In this document: piece by piece, positions 19,877 to 28,337 of the stretch
How positions within the stretch are numbered: the stretch's first letter is position 1
How the letters are laid out: the number at the start of each line of letters is the position of its first letter
Assembly (NCBI GenBank): GCA_903934035.1
Contig: CAIZMK010000056.1
Span: 3,039 to 67,038, forward strand
From: an uncultured Methylococcaceae bacterium
GTDB lineage: Bacteria > Pseudomonadota > Gammaproteobacteria > Methylococcales > Methylomonadaceae
DNA length: 64,000 nt
Reading direction: 5' to 3'
Notes under the pieces: model-generated
Told to the model about the DNA's origin: nothing
Database searches by the model: none
The model's input: the letters and a program-made list of their open reading frames with translations, nothing else
Program-made: the position numbers and the translations under genes

Positions 19877-20820
19877 AATACCGAATAACGCACATCACGG
19901 CCTACCACTACAGCCAAGCAGTGGGGCTTTGCCAGAATGAAGCACGATTACAACCTCGCAATTTCTGGCGTCAATATTGCGACAGCTGTCGTATTGACAT
20001 CACACCATCCCCCTCCGATTTTCGTGAACGCATAGATTTTTTTGGCAATCGTGTCGCCTATTTTGCTATTCAACAACCTCACACGCAATTAACGCTAACG
20101 GTAACCAGTGAAGTCACCCTTTTCCCAAAACAACAGCACTTGGGTTTATTTGATCCTATGAGCTGGGAACAAGTGCGCGATTTGTTACAAGAAGCACTAC
20201 CGCCGATGCAAGCGCAGGCACAAAGTCAACAAGGCCAAAGTCAAATTCAAGTACAACATCAAGATCATGCACCCGACTTATTGGATGCCCAACAATACTT
20301 ATTAGATTCACCTATGGTGACAACATCGCCAGAACTAGCTGATTATGCGCGGTGTTCGTTTCAGCCTAATCGGCCTTTATTAGAAGTGGTTCATGACTTA
20401 ATGACCCGTATCTACCAAGATTTTACTTATGATCCAAACTTTACCACCATTGCCACACCGCTTTCAGACGTACTGCATTTTCGTCGAGGAGTCTGTCAAG
20501 ATTTTGCTCATCTAGCCATTGCTTGCTTACGCTCTTATGGTATTGCCGCACGCTATGTCAGTGGCTATGTTGAAACCTTACCAGAACCAGGCAAGCAAAG
20601 ACTAGTAGGCGCAGATGCTTCACATGCTTGGTTTTCTGTTTATAGTCCACGCATTGGTTGGCTGGATTTTGACCCTACTAATAATACAGTGCCCTTAGAT
20701 CAACATATCACTCTAGCTTGGGGGCGCGATTATGCTGATGTAACACCACTTAAAGGTATTGCATTCGGTGGTGGTCAACATACGTTATCGGTGTCAGTAG
20801 ATGTATTGAGATTGGAGTAA
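19873..20820 (+). CDS. Transglutaminase-like protein
   Basis: GVCQDFAH, ARYVSGY, ASHAW, FDPTN, WGRDYADVTPLKG; GTGA overlap with the upstream stop. Confidence 0.93.
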   Translation: MKYRITHITAYHYSQAVGLCQNEARLQPRNFWRQYCDSCRIDITPSPSDFRERIDFFGNRVAYFAIQQPHTQLTLTVTSEVTLFPKQQHLGLFDPMSWEQVRDLLQEALPPMQAQAQSQQGQSQIQVQHQDHAPDLLDAQQYLLDSPMVTTSPELADYARCSFQPNRPLLEVVHDLMTRIYQDFTYDPNFTTIATPLSDVLHFRRGVCQDFAHLAIACLRSYGIAARYVSGYVETLPEPGKQRLVGADASHAWFSVYSPRIGWLDFDPTNNTVPLDQHITLAWGRDYADVTPLKGIAFGGGQHTLSVSVDVLRLE

Positions 20821-20852
20821 GTCATCGAGACTATGAAAGAATTTTTTGTGGG

Positions 20853-20999
20853 CATAGGTATCTACACAAATAAAAAACAGCATCATTCGGGCAGTTCAAG
20901 TGGCATGAGCAGATATAAACTGCGCAATTAAACGGTAGGGGCGAATTCATTCGCCACGTTTCAATAGACGAATATACTGGGCGAATCTGTTGCCCCTAC
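20853..20999. repeat. Solo IS50-like MITE end followed by a REP doublet
   Basis: CATAGGTATCTACACAAAT at 20853-20871; GTAGGGGCGAATTCATTCGCC...GGGCGAATCTGTTGCCCCTAC at 20935-20999. Confidence 0.7.
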
Positions 21000-21049
21000 A
21001 AAGGTTTGACTAAATACAATCTATTCAATTTTATTTTTACGGAGAACTT

Positions 21050-21745
21050 ATGAGTACTATCCATTTTGTAGGCGGAGAAAAAGGCGGTGTTGGTAAATCA
21101 GTGGTCGCACGTTTATTAGCGCAATACATGATTGACCATAACCTGCCTTTTATTGGTTTTGATACCGATAAATCACATGGATCATTATTGCGTTTTTATA
21201 GCGACTACGCTGCACAGACCATAATCGATGACTATGAAAGCCTAGATGCCATTATCGAAACAGCCAATGCACAACCTGAGCAACGTATATTAGTTGATCT
21301 TGCCGCACAAACCCACCAACCCTTAGCGCGTTGGTTAAATGAATCAGGCGTATTAGAATTAGCCGAAGAACTGGGCATTAACATCTGCTATTGGAATGTC
21401 ATGGATTCAGGCAAAGATTGTGTAGATTTATTAGATAAATTACTCACTCAATTCGGCACACACCTTAATTATGTACTAGTACAAAATCAAGTCCGCGACG
21501 AGCAATTTAATATCCTAGAACATTCTGGCGTTAAAGACAGGGCATTAGCTTTTGATGCCAAAGTCATGACCTTAAAACGTTTACATAGCCCTGTCATGAC
21601 CAAAGTTGACAGCAACAGCTATAGCTTTTGGGCCGCCAAAAACAAAGATACCGAGAGCCTTCATCCTTTAGGTTTGCTAGAAAGACAACGCATGAAAATG
21701 TGGCTAAACCATGCTTACCATGAAATTGCGAGTATCGGTGTTTAA
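21050..21745 (+). CDS. ParA/MinD-like (SIMIBI) P-loop NTPase of unknown function
   Basis: Deviant Walker A GGEKGGVGKS, GFDTD, ILVDLAAQ. Confidence 0.8.
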   Translation: MSTIHFVGGEKGGVGKSVVARLLAQYMIDHNLPFIGFDTDKSHGSLLRFYSDYAAQTIIDDYESLDAIIETANAQPEQRILVDLAAQTHQPLARWLNESGVLELAEELGINICYWNVMDSGKDCVDLLDKLLTQFGTHLNYVLVQNQVRDEQFNILEHSGVKDRALAFDAKVMTLKRLHSPVMTKVDSNSYSFWAAKNKDTESLHPLGLLERQRMKMWLNHAYHEIASIGV

Positions 21746-21788
21746 AAACCGTTGCCTAGCACTTAACAAACATTAAACATAGCTACCG

Positions 21789-22595
21789 ATGAAATTAAGA
21801 GTCAGTTGTCAACTTCGTTTTCAAATACTGGAACCTAGCGTATTAATTTTTATACTGCGTCCTTATCGAGGCAGTCAGCAATGGATTAATCGTGAAGTTT
21901 TTAGTATCAAACCTTTATTGACTACCTTAGAAAGTACTGACAGTTTTGGCAATTCTTGTCAGCGCTTGTTAGCGCCCACCGGTGATTTATTTATTTATAG
22001 CTCATCTGACGTCATCGTTAATAATTATATTGATATAGCGCCTAATGCTTACTTTGTAGAAATCCAACAACTGCCTGATAAAGTACTACCTTTTTTATTA
22101 CCTAGTCGCTATTGCGAATCGGATCGTTTTGGTGATCTTGCCAGAACGATAACTGCCAATGCTTGTCCGGGCTATGATCAAGTCCATGCTATTTCCGACT
22201 GGGTTAGGCAAAACATACAGTATGTGCCCGGCTGTAGTGAATTTCCATTATCCGCCTCAGAAATTCATCATATAGGTCATGGGGTATGCAGAGACTTAGC
22301 TCATGTAGCCATAGCACTCTGTCGCAGTATTAGCATACCGGCAAGATTAGTGGTTGGTTACTTATATAAACTGCAACCTATGGATTTACACGCTTGGTTT
22401 GAAGCCTATATTGGCGGGCGCTGGTATATTTTTGACCCTACACAATTCGACCTGTGTGGCGGCAGAGTTATTATTGCTTATGGCCGTGATGCAGCAGATG
22501 TCTCTATATTTCATCAATTTGGCTCAGGTTGTCTGCTAAGTAACATGGACGTACGCGTTGATTTACTGGATAATTACCCCATTAACACTTTATAG
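21789..22595 (+). CDS. Transglutaminase-like protein
   Basis: PSRYCESD, GVCRDLAH, DLHAWFEAY, FDPT, YGRDAADV. Confidence 0.92.
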   Translation: MKLRVSCQLRFQILEPSVLIFILRPYRGSQQWINREVFSIKPLLTTLESTDSFGNSCQRLLAPTGDLFIYSSSDVIVNNYIDIAPNAYFVEIQQLPDKVLPFLLPSRYCESDRFGDLARTITANACPGYDQVHAISDWVRQNIQYVPGCSEFPLSASEIHHIGHGVCRDLAHVAIALCRSISIPARLVVGYLYKLQPMDLHAWFEAYIGGRWYIFDPTQFDLCGGRVIIAYGRDAADVSIFHQFGSGCLLSNMDVRVDLLDNYPINTL

Positions 22596-22609
22596 CATCC
22601 CCACTCATC

Positions 22610-23365
22610 ATGACTTATTGTATTGCAGCGTCTATTAATGAAGGACTCATTCTAGTTTCTGACTCACGTACCAATGCCGGTATTGATAATGTCAGCACCC
22701 ACGGTAAAATGCACGCCTTTGAAACTCATAGTGATCGTAAAATAGTCTTACTCTGCGCAGGTAATCTAGCAACGACACAGGCCGTTTTGGAGCAATTACA
22801 CCGAGACAAACTCAAAAATGCCACGATTAACTTAAATAATGTAGAAAGCTTATTTGAAGCCGCCGAATATTTAGGCCATGTCAGTGTCGACAAACAAAAA
22901 CAACACACCGGTGGTAAAGGACAATCTGCATTTAATGCCTCCGCCAGTTTTATTCTAGCAGGTCAAATCGGCACAGAACCACATGCCGCTTACATGATTT
23001 ATGCTGAAGGCAATAGCATAACCAGCTCAGCTAACACACCTTTTTTACAAATTGGCGAAAGCAAATATGGCAAACCCATACTCGATCGCTTCCTAAAACT
23101 CAATACCCCAATTGATGAAGCCGCACGTTGCTGCTTAGTATCTATGGACTCTACCATACGTAGTAACGCCAGTGTGGGTGCGCCAGTAGAGTTACTCATA
23201 TATCATAAAGATAGCTTTAGTCTCGATGAATACTACTGCTTTGATGATGATAACGACTATCTACTGCACCTAAGACGCAATTGGGAAACTAAGTTGCGTG
23301 AAGCCATATCTTCCTTACCTTTGCTTGATAAGACCTTAGCAACACCCATAGTGATGACACTGTAA
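22610..23365 (+). CDS. Anbu proteasome-type (Ntn-hydrolase) protease
   Basis: MTYC N-terminus (Thr nucleophile after Met removal), SDSRTNAG, GNLATTQ, QIGESKYGKPILDR, SMDSTIRSNASVGAP. Confidence 0.93.
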   Translation: MTYCIAASINEGLILVSDSRTNAGIDNVSTHGKMHAFETHSDRKIVLLCAGNLATTQAVLEQLHRDKLKNATINLNNVESLFEAAEYLGHVSVDKQKQHTGGKGQSAFNASASFILAGQIGTEPHAAYMIYAEGNSITSSANTPFLQIGESKYGKPILDRFLKLNTPIDEAARCCLVSMDSTIRSNASVGAPVELLIYHKDSFSLDEYYCFDDDNDYLLHLRRNWETKLREAISSLPLLDKTLATPIVMTL

Positions 23366-23410
23366 CTAATCACAATATTGTAAAAGCCAAGTAGGTCGGG
23401 TTAGCGCTAG

Positions 23411-23579
23411 AGACTGTGAAAGTATTCTTTTTATTCCCCTCTTTAGCAAAGAGGGGTCAGGGGAGATTTGATCCATTAAAAAATTATTATTAAATATCAA
23501 TAACCTATGGCTCAATAAAATCCCCCTCGATCCACCTTTTACAAAGGGGGAAGCTAAATTCATAATACTTTCACAGTCT
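23411..23579. mobile_element. 169-bp MITE family C inserted in the loop of a REP
   Basis: Perfect 16-bp TIR AGACTGTGAAAGTATT / AATACTTTCACAGTCT; CGCTAG on both flanks (23405-23410, 23580-23585); the flanks rejoin to GTAGGTCGGGTTAGCGCTAGCGTAACCC. Confidence 0.85.
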
Positions 23580-23765
23580 CGCTAGCGTAACCCTACCTTT
23601 CGAAGCCCTTTGATTATTGCAAACGCTCTCACCGTACCCCCATTTTTTATCTAGAATATTTATTTTATGTATCGATGAATGCTTAAGTATTGCCAATCAC
23701 TTGCGTGCTTACAAGCCTATGTTTTACCAAATTGTAATGGCTATAATCAATATCATGATTATTGA

Positions 23766-23816
23766 TGGGTTGGGTTAGCAAAATTGTCGGGTTAAACTAT
23801 CACTAACCCGACTTAC
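23766..23816. repeat. Degenerate REP pair of the GTAGGTCGGGTTAG family
   Basis: GGGTTGGGTTAGC...GTCGGGTTAAACTATCACTAACCCGACTTAC. Confidence 0.6.
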
Positions 23817-24264
23817 ATGGCTACAACTAATAACATTATTCACACTGCCTCGTTTTTAATTGCTAGCTAACAATTAAAACAAGTCGCTAGTTTTAATTTC
23901 TTATTAAGCTAAAGTATTGCTAATTACTTACTAATAACTTCAGCTACGAAGCAAAAAAAATATAAATCCTTTGTAATAAATAACTTACATATTTATACTT
24001 TACCTTTACCAAATTAATTTACTTTATTAACCGTATAGTAGAAATAGTTTGTTTACTTTTTTATTCTATGCAATACTTAGAAAAACCTAGCATTATTGCT
24101 AGACTTACTCTCCCTTCTACAATACCAGTTAGCACACCTAGATTTCCTACCAGCTCCTTAGCTGTTTGGTCTTTTCTGAGCTTTATTACTCATAGCAACT
24201 GAGTTTGATGTTCTAGTTAACAAATTTATGCACCTAGCTCAGCGATTTTTCATTGCATTTGTCG

Positions 24265-24632
24265 ATAGAATGTCAAATCGACGAGAAGAATATTCAACCG
24301 AGCCAAAAGAACATTAAATCAATGAGAAGAATATTAAACTGGCCCTAAAGAACATTGAATTGCTGAAAAGAACATTTAATTAACCCTAAAGAACATGAAA
24401 TCTATTTAAAGAACATTCTGTTAGCCTTGATGATCATTAAATCGATGAAAAGCACATTCAATTAACCCTAAAAAACATTGAATTGCTGAAAAGAATCTCC
24501 AATTGCCCCTAAAAAACATCGAATTGCTGAAAAGAATATTCAATTGCCCCTAAAGAACATTGAGTTGCTGAAAAGAACATTAAATCGCTGAAAAGAACAT
24601 TCAGCTGTCATTAAAGAACATTAAATTAAAGT
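24265..24632. repeat. Non-coding tandem array of 18 units alternating 20 and 21 bp (41-bp higher-order period), core AAAGAACATT
   Basis: Core G/A positions 24268, 288, 309, 329, 350, 370, 391, 411, 432, 452, 473, 493, 514, 534, 555, 575, 595, 616 give spacings 20/21 alternating with one 20/20. Confidence 0.92.
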
Positions 24633-24708
24633 ATAAATAACTAGCAGTAAAACGTGCCAAACAGGACATATTCACTTTAACACTCACATCAACATAACAG
24701 GTATCACT

Positions 24709-25323
24709 ATGAAAAGATCCAAACCCGTTTTCGATTTTGCTCAGTATCCTATGTCAGGAAAAGTGACTTTCTTTCGCCATGTTAATGACCAGTTATACGG
24801 CAATCCGCTTTATCCCACACCTGACATTACCTTTGCCGATGCAAAAGCAGCAGTCGATGCCTTAGAAGCTGCAATACTGGCAGCAAAGCATGGCGGGGTA
24901 ACCGCTGTGTCAGCAATGCATGATGCAGCAGATCGTGCAGACACGCTTTATAGAAACTTAGCTCATTATGTAGAACGCACAGCCGCAGGCGATGAAACCA
25001 GTATATTAAGCAGTGGTTTTCATATTTCTAAACAACCGGTCTTAACACCTAAAGCAGAGCTCTCAGCCTTTGATGGTGAGCATACAGGTGGTGTTAGATT
25101 AGTGGCTAAAGCCTTATTGGGAGCTGTAGCCTATCTATGGCAAATGGCTATAGATGACGGAACAGGAACGGGGCTGGTTTGGATTGCTATCGGCAGTACT
25201 ACACGCGCCACTTTTGAGATGAATGGTTTAGAAATCATGAAGCGTTATAAGTTTCGTTTTGCCGCAGTAACGCCTGCGGGTACCAGCGATTATTGTGAGC
25301 CGGTTACAAAGATCATCGTCTAA
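24709..25323 (+). CDS. Hypothetical protein: N-terminal helical region plus C-terminal FN3-like beta-sandwich, no signal peptide
   Basis: GNPLYPTP...AVDALEAAI...LAHYVERTAAGDETSILSSGF, then VAYLWQ...GLEIMKRYKFRFAAVTPAGTSDY (FN3-like GL...Y.FR..AV...G.S). Confidence 0.7.
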   Translation: MKRSKPVFDFAQYPMSGKVTFFRHVNDQLYGNPLYPTPDITFADAKAAVDALEAAILAAKHGGVTAVSAMHDAADRADTLYRNLAHYVERTAAGDETSILSSGFHISKQPVLTPKAELSAFDGEHTGGVRLVAKALLGAVAYLWQMAIDDGTGTGLVWIAIGSTTRATFEMNGLEIMKRYKFRFAAVTPAGTSDYCEPVTKIIV

Positions 25324-25346
25324 TTTAATACCAAGGTACACTCATT

Positions 25347-25570
25347 AAGCAAAGGGCGTATGCAATATACCCCTACGAACGCATTAGCACACTGTTATGT
25401 CTTTTGCGTGGCAACGATACCAGTGACTTAATCAAGTAAAACCCTATTATTGGTACATATCACACCGCAGGGACAGGTCGCGACCTGTCCCTGCATTACG
25501 ATCGTCATCTACTTATACGCATCGTTTCCAAACGGAGCGTAGGGACGATAAAACTTGCGTAGATACCTAC
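25347..25570. repeat. Mixed REP cluster with a degenerate MITE end
   Basis: GGGCGTATGCAATATACCCCTAC, perfect 28-bp palindrome GCAGGGACAGGTCGCGACCTGTCCCTGC (25467-25494), and ACTTGCGTAGATACCTAC (25553-25570). Confidence 0.65.
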
Positions 25571-25775
25571 ACTCTAACAAGGGCTGAGACTGTTAGGAGG
25601 TTATCAAACACTAGGCATAGTGGTAGTCGATTAACTCAGCGAGAGTTTATGTGACAATTAATACTATTTTTTCAAGTGTGTTCTCTGTCACTATCGCGTA
25701 ATATAGTGACAACTAGCGTTACTCGATAAGTAATGCACTTTTTGATTTTGATAGCATTGGATAGACTCCCTAATA

Positions 25776-26411
25776 ATGAACACCCCCCCAATTCCTTTAG
25801 CCCAGCGTTTTAGAGGCTATTTGCCCGTCATTGTCGACATAGAAACGGCCGGCTTTAATCCTAAAAAAAATGCCTTATTGGAAATTGCTGCGGTTATCGT
25901 TGAGATTAATAGTCAAAATCAGCTAGAAGTCACCGAGCGTTATACAACTCATGTCGTGCCTTTTAAAAACTCTGAACTAGACCCTGCGGCACTTAAATTT
26001 AATGGCATAGATCCACACCACCCTTTTAGAATGGCTATTGAAGAAAAAGATGCCTTGGAATTGCTTTTTAAGCCTATTAAGCTAGCGGTAAAACGTAACG
26101 AATGTTCGCGTGCGATTTTGGTAGGTCATAATCCGGCTTTTGATATATCTTTTTTGAATGCTGCGATTCATCGTACACAAATCAAACGCAGCCCTTTTCA
26201 CCCTTTTAGTACCTTTGATACCGCAACTTTAGGCGGTTTAGCCTATCAACAAACCGTGCTGGCTAAAATTGCTCAAGCGGCGGGTTTAGAGTGGGATAAT
26301 TCTAAAGCACATTCCGCCTTATACGATGCTGAAATGACTGCCGAATTATTTTGTAAAATTATTAATCGTTGGCATTATTTTGAGGCTAAGGAAATTCAAG
26401 CGAATGAATAA
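25776..26411 (+). CDS. rnt: Ribonuclease T
   Basis: RFRGYLPVIVDIETAGF, LVGHNPAFD, PFHPFSTFDTATL, AHSALYDAEMTAELF (DEDDh). Confidence 0.96.
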   Translation: MNTPPIPLAQRFRGYLPVIVDIETAGFNPKKNALLEIAAVIVEINSQNQLEVTERYTTHVVPFKNSELDPAALKFNGIDPHHPFRMAIEEKDALELLFKPIKLAVKRNECSRAILVGHNPAFDISFLNAAIHRTQIKRSPFHPFSTFDTATLGGLAYQQTVLAKIAQAAGLEWDNSKAHSALYDAEMTAELFCKIINRWHYFEAKEIQANE

Positions 26412-26439
26412 GCCTAGAAATGTTCTTGAAATTGTTCTT

Positions 26440-26505
26440 GTAGGGGCGACAGATTCGCCCAGTAATGCAATTACCAAAGATACAGGGCGAATCTGTCGCC
26501 CCTAC
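26440..26505. repeat. REPIN between convergent genes
   Basis: GTAGGGGCGACAGATTCGCCC ... GGGCGAATCTGTCGCCCCTAC, perfect 21-bp inverted pair. Confidence 0.85.
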
Positions 26506-26558
26506 AAATCTATAAATAGCTGCTTTTGACTCTAGGAATCACCTAAAGCCTTTAATTC

Positions 26559-27143
26559 TTAATCCATATATTCAAATACTGTAACTATTTCCTTTACACC
26601 CGGCTGTAGCTGAGTAATTTTAATAGCAATATTACCTTCTTCTCTATGCACTAACCCCATTAGATAAACGACACCATTGTCTGTTGCGACTTTAATCATA
26701 GAAGGGTAAAAATCAGGAATAGAGCGTATTTGATTCAGCGCTGTCTTTACACCGTCAGTGATTAATAAATCGTTTCTTCGCGCAGCAACATCAGCGGGGT
26801 AATCGATAGTCAAATTATTATGCACGAGCTTTACATTGGCGATAGCTTGAACAATAGTGATGATATTTTTACTAAGCTCTTCACTCGGCGCTTGACCAGT
26901 CACCAAAACAGTGCCATTAAAGGCATTAATATTAACGTGGCACTGTTCTCTGACATGACGCTCTGAATTGAGCTCTGAATAAGCTTCCGCTTCAATCATT
27001 CGATCAGATAATATGACTTCTCGCGAGCGACGCTCTTCTGATAACAATTGCTCGGTTATTGCAGGTCCTTTGGGCTTTACGGTAGTACAAGCGACTAATA
27101 ATAAGTTCTGGCAAAGTAGCATTAATATAAAAATTTTTTTCAT
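26559..27143 (-). CDS. yraP: Dual BON-domain lipoprotein (YraP/DolP-like)
   Basis: Lipobox LLVAC, two BON repeats (NGTVLVTGQ; NGVVYLMG), position after yraN-diaA. Confidence 0.85.
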   Translation of the reverse strand: MKKIFILMLLCQNLLLVACTTVKPKGPAITEQLLSEERRSREVILSDRMIEAEAYSELNSERHVREQCHVNINAFNGTVLVTGQAPSEELSKNIITIVQAIANVKLVHNNLTIDYPADVAARRNDLLITDGVKTALNQIRSIPDFYPSMIKVATDNGVVYLMGLVHREEGNIAIKITQLQPGVKEIVTVFEYMD

Positions 27144-27159
27144 AATTTAACCTGAAGAG

Positions 27160-27744
27160 TTAGCCGAATAACTGATGATCAATCAAGTCACACAAGCAAT
27201 GTGTGATCAGCACATGAACTTCTTGTATGCGGGCGTTAGAGCTTGAGGGAACACGGATTTCTATATCCGTTTCATGAAGTAAAGGCGCGATCATGCCACC
27301 ATTATTACCTGTCAAAGCAATCACTAATAATTCTTTATCATGCGCAGTACTAATGGCTTTGGCAATATTCGAGGAATGATTGCCATCAGTAAACGTTAAT
27401 AAAATATCACCACTTTGTCCTAATGCACGTAGTTGTTTGGAATAAACATCATCAAAGTGATAATCGTTGGCTATGGCGGTGATGACTGCTGCATCGGTAT
27501 TTAGTGAGATAACCGGCAATGAGGGTCGATCACGCTCAAATTGATTGAGCAAAGCAGAAGAAAATAATTGCGCAGTAGTTGCTGAACGACCATTACCGCA
27601 AGTGAGTATTTTTTTATCATTAAGTAGGGCGGAAACCAGTTGTTGTGATGCATATTCTATGAGCTCACAAAGGCTAGACATAGCCTCTTGCTGGGTTTGA
27701 ATGCTATCAGAGAAATGATTAATGATTCTATCTTGTAAATTCAT
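27160..27744 (-). CDS. diaA: SIS-domain GmhA/DiaA family protein, probably DiaA-like
   Basis: KILTCGNGRSA, ERDRPSLPVISL, ARIQEVH...CLCDLID; GmhA catalytic His/Glu positions appear replaced. Confidence 0.7.
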   Translation of the reverse strand: MNLQDRIINHFSDSIQTQQEAMSSLCELIEYASQQLVSALLNDKKILTCGNGRSATTAQLFSSALLNQFERDRPSLPVISLNTDAAVITAIANDYHFDDVYSKQLRALGQSGDILLTFTDGNHSSNIAKAISTAHDKELLVIALTGNNGGMIAPLLHETDIEIRVPSSSNARIQEVHVLITHCLCDLIDHQLFG

Positions 27745-27759
27745 GATGCGATAAGTTGT

Positions 27760-28125
27760 TTAAAAAGCATTTTGTACCCACTCTATCTTACTATCGCCGG
27801 AAATAGCAATAACATCAAAGCGAATTGGACAGTTTAATGGGCTAGTTGATAAGTAATGATGTGTTGCCGCTATTATACGCGATTGTTTGGTTCGTGTGAC
27901 GCACTCCAATGCACTGCCATATTTATCAGATTTACGGAATTTAACTTCAACAATAACCAATGAATGTTGATCTGTCATAATTAAATCGAGCTCACCCTGT
28001 TTGCAACGGTAGTTGCGGCACACCGATTTAAGCCCCTGCTTAAGTAGATAGTCGTGCGCTTGTTGTTCGGCATTTTCACCTCGGATCAAATGGTAAGCTT
28101 TGGTTTTTATTTCTGTAAATAACAT
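27760..28125 (-). CDS. yraN: YraN family (UPF0102) protein
   Basis: GENAEQQA..YL, NYRCKQGELDLIM, LVIVEVKFR, RFDVIAI. Confidence 0.92.
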   Translation of the reverse strand: MLFTEIKTKAYHLIRGENAEQQAHDYLLKQGLKSVCRNYRCKQGELDLIMTDQHSLVIVEVKFRKSDKYGSALECVTRTKQSRIIAATHHYLSTSPLNCPIRFDVIAISGDSKIEWVQNAF

Positions 28126-28337
28126 AATCTAACTCCTTATTGTATCTCAAGGGTAATGAGCGGCTATGTTGCTGATATAATTAAGCCCTAGTAGGGGCAC
28201 TATCCAAACTTAAGGTTTTTTTATAGAGTGTGAGGGCGATTAAAGCCACTTGCACTGCAAACTTAATACCCTGAACTTTGGGTAGTGACCAGTTGGGTGC
28301 AACTGTATAGCTCACCCTGTTTATTTTTAGGAGTTAT

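Noticed and set aside
23366-23563. 65-aa minus-strand ORF, and likewise 43360-43542, 63144-63332, 63174-63368 and 29308-29517
   Set aside because: They are read through MITE/REP palindromes or antisense to rnpB; no coding signal.
24068-24317. Short ORFs (44 aa from ATG 24068; 29 aa from ATG 24228) and a weak 21-bp TAG periodicity at 24130-24237
   Set aside because: No RBS or recognisable protein; the periodicity rests on a 3-bp motif and could be chance. It may be a decayed extension of the array but I cannot support that.
24265-24632. CRISPR array interpretation of the 20/21-bp repeats
   Set aside because: The conserved part is only about 10 bp, the variable parts fall into two recurring classes rather than unique spacers, and no cas genes are present.
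21050-24632. ParA-like NTPase plus repeat array as a plasmid-type partition or replication module
   Set aside because: They are 2.5 kb apart and separated by transglutaminase and Anbu genes; there is no ParB/adaptor, Rep or integrase, and the flanks are chromosomal.
24643-24659. Minus-strand TGGCACGTTTTACTGCT as a sigma54 promoter reading into the array
   Set aside because: GG-to-GC spacing is 11 nt; not canonical.
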